Part shown: positions 28,662-36,009 of the stretch, in pieces
Layout of the letters: each line of letters begins with the position of its first letter
Position numbering within the stretch: position 1 is the stretch's first letter
Source of the DNA: an uncultured Pseudomonadales bacterium
GTDB lineage: Bacteria > Patescibacteriota > Microgenomatia > UBA1400 > PJMF01
NCBI GenBank assembly: GCA_964393205.1
Contig: CAYMSV010000001.1
Coordinates: 244,581 to 308,580, forward strand
Direction of reading: 5' to 3'
DNA length: 64,000 nt
The notes under the pieces: model-generated
The model's database searches: none
What the model was told of the DNA's origin: nothing
What the model saw: the letters and a program-made list of their open reading frames with translations, nothing else
Translations under genes and position numbers: made by a program

Positions 28662-28765
28662 AAAAATTCTCATTTTTTTCTGTAAAATATTTTCAATAGT
28701 GTTTTTTTTGTGAAAACTGTGAAAAAACTCTAGGCAAAATTGATCTATTGTGTTATATATAGAGT

Positions 28766-29584
28766 ATGACAGATATCCAAAAACTCCCTTCAAATCACCT
28801 CCAACCCAATCCTTTTCAACCACGAGATAAAGTTAAAAAAGAAGATCTCGCTGACTTAGTTGAATCAATTCGTATTCACGGTATTTTGGAACCCTTGGTA
28901 GTGGCAGAAACTCCGGCTGGTTATCAAATTATTGCTGGAGAAAGACGTTGGCGGGCAGCCAAAGTTTTGGGAATTGAAGAGTTGCCAGTTTACGTGAAAA
29001 AGACCAGTCCTCAAGGGATGTTAGAAATGGCAATTGTGGAAAATGTGCAACGCACAGACTTAAACCCCATTGAAAGAGCTCAATCTTTTTCTCGTTTAAA
29101 TAGAGAATTTGGTTTAGCTATTAATGAACTGGCTGAGAGAATTGGTAAATCTTCTTCTTATATTAGTAACACCATGAGGTTATTAGAATTACCAGACGCA
29201 ATTAATGATGGTTTGTTGAGCGAACAAATTACTGAAGGTCATGCTCGTTCTTTAGTTGGTTTGAAAGATCAATCTTTGATGATTGAATGCTATAAACAAG
29301 TTTTAAAAGAAAATGCTTCGGTGAGACGAACTGAAGAATTAGTCAGACGGATAAAAGCTGGTCAAAATAAAGCTAGCAAAAAAGCCGACGATGGTCGAGG
29401 TCGACCTTTAGCTCAAGACGAACAACAAGTAGCTAAATGGGAAAATCGCTTACAAGAATATTTCAAAAACAATAGTACTCTAAAAGTGGTGCGTTCACGT
29501 AAACAAACCAAGGTGACAATTACTCTCAAGGGTTCACCAGAAAAAACCCAGGATGATTTAGAAAAATTGATGAGTATTAATTAA
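28766..29584 (+). CDS. parB: ParB/Spo0J chromosome partitioning protein
   Basis: Motifs PNPFQPR, GILEPL, IAGERRWRAA (CTPase arginine patch), ENVQRTDL, an HTH and EGHAR. Confidence 0.93.
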   Translation: MTDIQKLPSNHLQPNPFQPRDKVKKEDLADLVESIRIHGILEPLVVAETPAGYQIIAGERRWRAAKVLGIEELPVYVKKTSPQGMLEMAIVENVQRTDLNPIERAQSFSRLNREFGLAINELAERIGKSSSYISNTMRLLELPDAINDGLLSEQITEGHARSLVGLKDQSLMIECYKQVLKENASVRRTEELVRRIKAGQNKASKKADDGRGRPLAQDEQQVAKWENRLQEYFKNNSTLKVVRSRKQTKVTITLKGSPEKTQDDLEKLMSIN

Positions 29585-29615
29585 ATAACTTGATTAACTG
29601 TTTTAAAAAATTGTT

Positions 29616-31373
29616 TTATTCCAAGTCAGGAGCTATATTAAATAGCAACATTAATTTATCTGCTGTTTTGTACCAGAGAGGAGCTGCTGTTTCAGCGGCC
29701 CAAGGACTACTTTTAGGATTCTCTAGTTTAACTAACATAGTAAATTTTGCGTGATCTGCTGGAGCAAAACCAATAAAACTAGCAATAGTTTCATCACTTT
29801 TATAGCCACCTTGAGGATCTGGTACTTGAGAAGTGCCGGTTTTAGCAGCAACAGTATAACGTTTAGAAGCTATCCACTGAGCCTCTCCATGAGCAGCGGC
29901 AGAGACCATCATTTTTGTTACTAATTCTGCTGTTTCTTGACTCACAACTCTTTCCCCACTTTCAAGAGATATGTCGATTTCCTGATCGAGTTGGTGATCA
30001 TAAACTTTTTCTAAAATTTTAGTTTCCAGCTTTAAGCCTTTATTGGCTATTACATTGATAGCTTGAATTAGTTGAAGGCTATTAGTATTAATACCTTGAC
30101 CAAAACTAATGGTAGCTAATTCAACAGGACCAATTTTTTTAGGAAAATAAGTACTGCTATCATCTTGTAAGTCTAAATCAAATTTTTGACCAATGCCAAA
30201 TTTTTTTAAGTATTCGCTGAATTTTTCTTGACCCAAGAGTTCAGCTACAAAAATCATAGCGATATTATCTGATTTTTCCAGTGCTTCTGTGATATTAATA
30301 TTAGGATGATACTGGTCGTTCCAAGTTCTAATGGTGTATGAGCCGAATTGCCTGGGACCAGCGCATTTAGTGCAAATAGTTTCTGGATTAATTAAGCCAG
30401 CGTCGATAGCACTAGCTACGGTTAGAACTTTAAAAGTTGATCCTGGTTCGTAAAGCCTAGTTAAACTAGGATTTTTCAAGATTTCAGCCGGGTATTTAAA
30501 ATATTGCCACTGTTGATAATTTGGCCAAGTTGCCAAAGCTAAAATTTTACCAGTTTGACTATCAAGAATAATAATTTCCCCCCGATCAGCGTCATATTGT
30601 TTAATTCCCCAAGCTAGGTTTGTTTCGGCAATATGTTGAATGTCGCGTCGAATGGTAAGAGTTAAATCACGCCCATTCAAATTTTTAAGCTGATAGTTAG
30701 ATCCTGTTAGTAGCGCGCCCAAAGCATCAGTGCGAAACCAACCCTTTTCTTTTCTTGGTTTAAGTTCGTCTTCCAGAGCTCCTTCGATTCCATAACGACC
30801 GACTTCTCCACCCTCTTCATTGCGACCGACAAAACCAGTTAAGTGTGCAGCCATTGAAGCTTCTGGATAAAAACGAGTAAAAGTAGTGTCAAAAGCTAAA
30901 TACGGATTATTAAGTGCAAGAATTTGTTCTTTTGCTTGAGAACTAAGTTGGGCAGCTAGTTTAGGCCAGTTTGCTTGACTGCTAAATTTAGCAATTAGAT
31001 TGCTTTCAATTTGTTGTTGGACTAATAGTTTGCTAGCACTATCTGAAGCATCCTGAAATTGCCAATTTTCTTGAGCAATAATCTCGGCCAATTGTTGGCT
31101 GATTTTTTCGACGTCGCCAGTGAAATTCTTTCGATCAAGTTTTAAATCATAAACCTCTTGATTACCAATTAAGAGATAACCGTCACTAGTTAAAATCTGG
31201 CCGCGTAGTCCTTCTTGAGTTCTGCTGCGGATAGTTTGTAGTTCGCTGAGGTTTTTTAATTCTCGGCCACGTAGTACTTGCCAATAAAACAAACGAATGA
31301 TGATGAGAACGATGGTCAGAGAAACAAAGGCTAAAAAAAACTTTCTTCTGGAGTAGTTTAGTTCTTCAGCCAT
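29616..31373 (-). CDS. ftsI: Class B penicillin-binding protein FtsI/PBP3
   Basis: N-terminal TM helix; SxxK (PGSTFK), SxN (SDN) and KTG motifs; downstream of mraZ-rsmH-ftsL. Confidence 0.9.
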   Translation of the reverse strand: MAEELNYSRRKFFLAFVSLTIVLIIIRLFYWQVLRGRELKNLSELQTIRSRTQEGLRGQILTSDGYLLIGNQEVYDLKLDRKNFTGDVEKISQQLAEIIAQENWQFQDASDSASKLLVQQQIESNLIAKFSSQANWPKLAAQLSSQAKEQILALNNPYLAFDTTFTRFYPEASMAAHLTGFVGRNEEGGEVGRYGIEGALEDELKPRKEKGWFRTDALGALLTGSNYQLKNLNGRDLTLTIRRDIQHIAETNLAWGIKQYDADRGEIIILDSQTGKILALATWPNYQQWQYFKYPAEILKNPSLTRLYEPGSTFKVLTVASAIDAGLINPETICTKCAGPRQFGSYTIRTWNDQYHPNINITEALEKSDNIAMIFVAELLGQEKFSEYLKKFGIGQKFDLDLQDDSSTYFPKKIGPVELATISFGQGINTNSLQLIQAINVIANKGLKLETKILEKVYDHQLDQEIDISLESGERVVSQETAELVTKMMVSAAAHGEAQWIASKRYTVAAKTGTSQVPDPQGGYKSDETIASFIGFAPADHAKFTMLVKLENPKSSPWAAETAAPLWYKTADKLMLLFNIAPDLE

Positions 31374-31380
31374 GATTAAC

Positions 31381-31659
31381 TCAACGCAAAGCCACAGCGC
31401 TTGCTTTGCTTTTAACTACTAGCAGATTTTTTATGTCTTTAAAATCCTGATAGTTTTCTAGTTGTTGAATAGAAATTTCTTGAGCAATAGCTTGATCTAA
31501 TTTGCTTTCTCTAGAAAGTAATTCTTCTTGTTTTTGTTTGAGAATTTCTATATGTTGGCCATAAGCAATATTTTGACTAAGAGTGTAAGCGGTGCTGATT
31601 AATTGCAAGAAAACTACTAAGAAGAGAATTCTGTAATAATTTTTGAGCTTTTTTTTCAT
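31381..31659 (-). CDS. Putative FtsL-like cell division protein
   Basis: Short basic N-terminus, TM helix and coiled coil; lies between rsmH and ftsI. ATG at 31659 follows an AAAGGA RBS. Confidence 0.6.
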   Translation of the reverse strand: MKKKLKNYYRILFLVVFLQLISTAYTLSQNIAYGQHIEILKQKQEELLSRESKLDQAIAQEISIQQLENYQDFKDIKNLLVVKSKASAVALR

Positions 31660-31672
31660 TGTTTTTCCTTTT

Positions 31673-32590
31673 TTATACAACTAAGGCTCTCAACTTAGCG
31701 CTGCGAGCTCTTGGATTTATTTTTAACTCTTCATTGTCTGGAACAATGGCTTTTTTAGTTAATAATTTGGCTAAATTTTGATTAGCTTGTTCTCTAAAAA
31801 ATTTCTTGACCAGTCTATCCTCTCCTTCATGAAAAGAAATACAAACCAGTCTTTTGTCCATAGCAGAGCTGGTCTGTAAGGCATTGAAAGCAGCAGGTAA
31901 AGCTTGTTGAATGTTATTTAATTCATCATTAACAGCAATACGCAAAGCTTGAAAAGTTTTGGTAGCTGGATGGAGTTTTCCGGCTTTAGCACCCTTAACT
32001 CGTTCAACTATTTTCAATAATGTGCCAACACGCTGTAGGCTATTGGGGGCTGTCTTTTTGACTTGAGCAACAGCTTTGGCTATTTGTCTAGATTGTTTTT
32101 CTCCACCAAATTCAAAAAGTAAATTAGCCAACTGTTTTTCGCTTAAAACTATGAGTAAGTCTCCGGCTTTTACGCCCAAATCCTGATTCATTCTCATGTC
32201 TAAAATAGCTTCTGGATCTGCACTAAAACTAAAACCTCTTTTGCTAGAAGTTAGCTGTTCAGTAGAGGTGCCAAAGTCAAAGAGCACACCAGCTAAAGAT
32301 ATGTTTTGGGTTTTTTCTAGATTTTCTAAAACAGCGCTCAGTTCTTTGAAGTTTTCTTGGATGAGAATTAGTTTTTTTTGGGCTATTTCTTGTTTAAAAT
32401 TTTCACGAGCTTTTTCAATAGCTTCTTGATCAAAATCTAGAGCAATTACCAAGCCTCCTTGATTTAAAATTGCTCGACTATGCCCTCCTCGACCGAAAGT
32501 AGCATCGAGATAATGTTCTCCTTCTTTAACGGCTAAGAAATCTAAGCTTTCTTTTAGTAAAACTGGTTGATGTTGTTTATTCGATGACAT
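31673..32590 (-). CDS. rsmH: 16S rRNA m4C1402 methyltransferase
   Basis: Motifs HQPVLL, DATFGRGGHS, LDMRM, HPATKTFQALRIAVNDEL and NPRARSAKLR. Start is the ATG at 32590, overlapping the mraZ end. Confidence 0.96.
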   Translation of the reverse strand: MSSNKQHQPVLLKESLDFLAVKEGEHYLDATFGRGGHSRAILNQGGLVIALDFDQEAIEKARENFKQEIAQKKLILIQENFKELSAVLENLEKTQNISLAGVLFDFGTSTEQLTSSKRGFSFSADPEAILDMRMNQDLGVKAGDLLIVLSEKQLANLLFEFGGEKQSRQIAKAVAQVKKTAPNSLQRVGTLLKIVERVKGAKAGKLHPATKTFQALRIAVNDELNNIQQALPAAFNALQTSSAMDKRLVCISFHEGEDRLVKKFFREQANQNLAKLLTKKAIVPDNEELKINPRARSAKLRALVV

Positions 32591-33002
32591 AAGCCTTTTC
32601 AGCAATTGACTCAGCCTTTTTTTCCAGTTGATCAAGATAGAGATGGTAGTTTTCTTGATCCCATATTTCCAAACGATTAAGACTACCAACAATGACGACA
32701 GATTTTTTCAATTGGGCAAATTCGATCAAGTAATTGGGCAGTTTTACTCGACCATTGTCGTCAGGGATTATCTCACTAGCTTCGTTAGTCATTAATCTGA
32801 CTAGATCTCGATTGGCTTTTTTACTAAATCCGGCTTGATTAATTTTACTTAGCTCTGATTGAAAGTTTTCTTTTTTGAGTAAGAATAAGCAACCATCTAA
32901 ACCTCTGGTAACGATCCAAGATTTACTGCTACTGCGGAATTTTTTGGGTAAAGATATGCGACCTTTACTCTCTAAGTTATGATAATACTTGCCAATTAAC
33001 AT
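32577..33002 (-). CDS. mraZ: Transcriptional regulator MraZ
   Basis: Motifs ESKGRISLPKKFR, TRGLDGCL, DDNGRVKLP and RLEIWD; ATG at 33002. Confidence 0.95.
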   Translation of the reverse strand: MLIGKYYHNLESKGRISLPKKFRSSSKSWIVTRGLDGCLFLLKKENFQSELSKINQAGFSKKANRDLVRLMTNEASEIIPDDNGRVKLPNYLIEFAQLKKSVVIVGSLNRLEIWDQENYHLYLDQLEKKAESIAEKAYVIE

Positions 33003-33017
33003 TATTATGAGCCTATT

Positions 33018-33032
33018 TACCAATTCCTACCA
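33018..33032 (-). promoter_or_regulatory. Probable MraZ operator (TGGTA direct repeats, 10-bp period)
   Basis: Minus strand reads gTGGTAggaatTGGTAaa (TACCA at 33018-33022 and 33028-33032 on plus), just upstream of mraZ. Confidence 0.5.
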
Positions 33033-33131
33033 CATATAACTATATATAAGAAAAACAAACTTGTAAATAGTAATTTGTTCATAAATTATTAGATGTAGGT
33101 GAAAAGCTTTTTAAAAGATAAAAAATATCAC

Positions 33132-33151
33132 AAAAAACCCAGTAAACTGAG
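33132..33151 (-). terminator. Possible intrinsic terminator after the 33178-33981 gene
   Basis: Minus strand CTCAG-ttta-CTGGG followed by T6; weak stem. Confidence 0.35.
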
Positions 33152-33177
33152 AATACAAGAACAATAAATCAGAAAAA

Positions 33178-33981
33178 TTATTTAACCAAGAGATAAGCTT
33201 CCATGAAGGCGGCGCTGCCTGAGGCTAGTCCATCTTCAAGTTGAGTTTCAATTTCTTGCCACTCTTCTCCATCAAAGCCCATAATTTGAACACCTTCTTC
33301 TTTAGTATTGAAGCTGACCTCAAATTCAGAGCTAAGAGTTTTTAAGCTTTTTTCTGCGTTAACAGTATAGATGTCGCTAGCAAGCTCGGACTCAAGCTCT
33401 CCTGGATATCCTGGAGTATTAAAAATGATTAAATAAGAATAGTCGCTTAAACTGTCATTGCTAATAGTAAATTTGGTATCTTGAGAGCTAAATTCAGTTT
33501 CTCGATCACTGTTGGTGAAGTAGCGCCAACTATTTTTAAGCGCATAATCTTCTGCTCCCATGAATTCTGCTAAGAGAGTGCCACCCTTAATGTCTTCATG
33601 ATAGGTAATTGCACCACCAGCTGATTGAGAGCCAAATAGTTTGCGATCGCTAACAGGCAAATTATCTAATTCTAAAAAGCCCTGAAAACCTTGTAGCATA
33701 GAGCCAGTTTGATATTCCATTTCATAATTTAGGCTGTTAGCAGCTTTTTTTAGCTCAATAATGTTTAAAACGATGTGTCTGCCATCAGTAGTAGGAGCTA
33801 ATTGGATAAAGGGACTTTCACTAACGGGAATTTGATTATAATTAGCTGATATTTTCTTTTTTACTGCTGTGTCGGTTTCTTTTCCTTGATTGCGATTAGC
33901 TCTTAAATAAAAGAAAGCTCCTATAGCAATTAAAAGGATTAGGGCGCTTACAGTAATGATGGTTTTTTTCTTTTTTGTCAT
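33178..33981 (-). CDS. Hypothetical membrane-anchored extracytoplasmic protein
   Basis: KKKK plus one TM helix, then an acidic beta-rich domain; no recognised family. Confidence 0.65.
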   Translation of the reverse strand: MTKKKKTIITVSALILLIAIGAFFYLRANRNQGKETDTAVKKKISANYNQIPVSESPFIQLAPTTDGRHIVLNIIELKKAANSLNYEMEYQTGSMLQGFQGFLELDNLPVSDRKLFGSQSAGGAITYHEDIKGGTLLAEFMGAEDYALKNSWRYFTNSDRETEFSSQDTKFTISNDSLSDYSYLIIFNTPGYPGELESELASDIYTVNAEKSLKTLSSEFEVSFNTKEEGVQIMGFDGEEWQEIETQLEDGLASGSAAFMEAYLLVK

Positions 33982-33985
33982 AGTT

Positions 33986-35395
33986 TTAGGCTAGCATAGA
34001 GCTTAAATAATTATCAAGTTCAGTAATGGCGATTCGCTCTTGTTGACTACTGTCTCGATGACGAACTGTAACGGCTTTGTCTTCAAGAGTGTCAAAATCA
34101 ATAGTAATACAAAAAGGCGTACCAATCTCATCTTGAGATAAATAACGTTTACCAATGTTGCCTCTTTCGTCCCAAGTGGCTCTAAATTTTTGATTCAGCT
34201 GCTCATAAACTTCTCTAGCTTTTTTCACTAATTCCTCTTTATTTTTTAAGAGTGGAAAAACGGCCAATTGATAAGGGGCCAATTTGGGTTTAAAAGCCAT
34301 GACAGTGCGCTCTTTGTCTGAATCTTCTCTGTAGGCGTCACAAAGCAGCATTAAAAATAAACGATTAATACCAGCTGCCGGCTCAATAACGTGAGGCAAA
34401 AACTTTTTATTAGTTTGCGGGTCGATATATTCTAGCGATTGTTTAGAAAACTCTTGCTGTTGCTTGAGGTCGTAATCACCTCGATAAGCGATGCCCCAGA
34501 GCTCTTTCCAGCCAAAAGGATAGCGATATTCTAAATCATAGGTTTCTTGACTATAGTGACTGCGTTCTTTATCAGTGTGACGACGCCAACGTAGATTTTC
34601 TTCTCTAATACCTAAGACTTTTGTAACAAAGTCCCACATTTGATTCTGCCAGTCCTTAAATAATTTCTGCCAATCTTCCTTTTCAGGGTCAAAAAAATAC
34701 TCAATCTCACCTTGTTCAAACTCTAAAGTACGAAAAACAAATTGTCCGGTAGTAATTTCGTTGCGAAAGCTCTTACCAATTTGACCAACACCAAAAGGCA
34801 ATTTGTTTCTAGTGCTATTAAGAATTTGTTTAAAATTAGAAAAAATACCTTGAGCTGTTTCTCCGCGCAAATAAACTTGGTTTTTTTTATCAGCTAAAAC
34901 ACCAATAGCAGTTTCAAACAAAATATTAAAGTCTTGGGCTTCAGTAAGAGGATTACCATCAGGAGATTTAATTTGATGTTTATTAATCAAATCATCCAGT
35001 TCTGCTGTTGATAGATTAGCGATAATAACTTCTCCCTGTTTTTCTGGATTTTTGGCAAAATAGTCTTCGATTAAACTGTCAGCTCGATAACGCTTGTGAG
35101 TTACTTTATCTTCAACCAAGGGGTCGGTAAAAGAGTTGACGTGACCAGATGCTACCCAAGTTTGAGGGTGTAAAATGATTTGGCTATCTAGACCAAGCAT
35201 GTCTTCACGGCGTCGGATAAAAAAATCCCACCACAAGCTTTTGATATTTAACAAAAGTTCAGTCCCCAATGGCCCGTAGTCATAAGAATTGGCTAAACCA
35301 CCATAAATTTCACTAGTTTGATAAACAAAACCTCGTCTTTTAGCTAAAGAACTAATAGTTTCGAGACTAACTTGTTGATTTTCTTCAGTTTGCAT
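33986..35395 (-). CDS. glyS: Glycine--tRNA ligase, homodimeric alpha2 type
   Basis: Motifs KRRGF..EIYGG..YDYGPLG, LRGETAQG, GKSFRNEIT, EFEQ, PHVIEP and DEIGTPF. Confidence 0.96.
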   Translation of the reverse strand: MQTEENQQVSLETISSLAKRRGFVYQTSEIYGGLANSYDYGPLGTELLLNIKSLWWDFFIRRREDMLGLDSQIILHPQTWVASGHVNSFTDPLVEDKVTHKRYRADSLIEDYFAKNPEKQGEVIIANLSTAELDDLINKHQIKSPDGNPLTEAQDFNILFETAIGVLADKKNQVYLRGETAQGIFSNFKQILNSTRNKLPFGVGQIGKSFRNEITTGQFVFRTLEFEQGEIEYFFDPEKEDWQKLFKDWQNQMWDFVTKVLGIREENLRWRRHTDKERSHYSQETYDLEYRYPFGWKELWGIAYRGDYDLKQQQEFSKQSLEYIDPQTNKKFLPHVIEPAAGINRLFLMLLCDAYREDSDKERTVMAFKPKLAPYQLAVFPLLKNKEELVKKAREVYEQLNQKFRATWDERGNIGKRYLSQDEIGTPFCITIDFDTLEDKAVTVRHRDSSQQERIAITELDNYLSSMLA

Positions 35396-35439
35396 AATTT
35401 ACTCTCAGGCAAAATTATATTATAAAAAGCTGTTTAAGA

Positions 35440-36006
35440 CTAGTTTTGACTTTGGGTATTTAAAAAATCAAAGCTTTTCATCTTTTTTTCACTAATTTCA
35501 GCTACATAATTTTGAATACTTTGGTGTTTAGTGTCTTTAATATCTTGATAACCTAGAAGTTGTAATAATTGGTTGAGGAGTTTTTTAATTTTTGCAGCCT
35601 GATTGTCTTCACTTAAGACTAATTTTTCAATTTTTTTAGCTAATTCAAAACTACCCTCGTCAATAAAGTTTTCCACAAAGAGGCGATCAAAAATTTCTAA
35701 AATTTGTTGAATGTGGCTAATCTTTTTAAGAGCTAATTCTTGAGGAAGATTTTGATAAATTTGGCTAGTATCAAAAAGTAGACGACTTTGAGTGAGTAAA
35801 GGTAAACTTTTAGTTCTAATACAAAAAGCTTGAATGAGATTGCCCGGTTCGAGATTAGCTCTGTTAGAAGAATTGAGGCGGCGCGCCCCTTTAGCCAGTA
35901 CTACCAGTTTTCCTTGATCTTTAGTTAAGAGAGTCAGTAGGCGGTCGGTTTCACCCATAGCGCGCCGCTTAAGAACAATGGCGTGGCTTGAAAATGAGCG
36001 AGACAT
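35440..36006 (-). CDS. recO: DNA repair protein RecO (short form)
   Basis: N-terminal OB-fold pattern AIVLKR..GETDRLLTLLT..GK...AKGAR; only 188 aa; adjacent to glyS. Confidence 0.82.
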   Translation of the reverse strand: MSRSFSSHAIVLKRRAMGETDRLLTLLTKDQGKLVVLAKGARRLNSSNRANLEPGNLIQAFCIRTKSLPLLTQSRLLFDTSQIYQNLPQELALKKISHIQQILEIFDRLFVENFIDEGSFELAKKIEKLVLSEDNQAAKIKKLLNQLLQLLGYQDIKDTKHQSIQNYVAEISEKKMKSFDFLNTQSQN

Positions 36007-36009
36007 GGT

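Noticed and set aside
28440-28823. 127-aa minus-strand ORF across rpmA and parB
   Set aside because: Overlaps two confident genes on the opposite strand and has no recognisable features.
28985-29506. parS-like ACGTGAAA and TTCACGTAAAC strings inside parB
   Set aside because: Five or more mismatches to the 16-bp consensus and not palindromic.
32591-32692. Long apparent rsmH/mraZ overlap
   Set aside because: Artefact of choosing the most upstream start; the ATG at 32590 gives a normal short overlap.
35396-35439. Possible T-box upstream of glyS
   Set aside because: The spacer is only 44 nt and contains -10-like boxes but no UGGNACC bulge or terminator.
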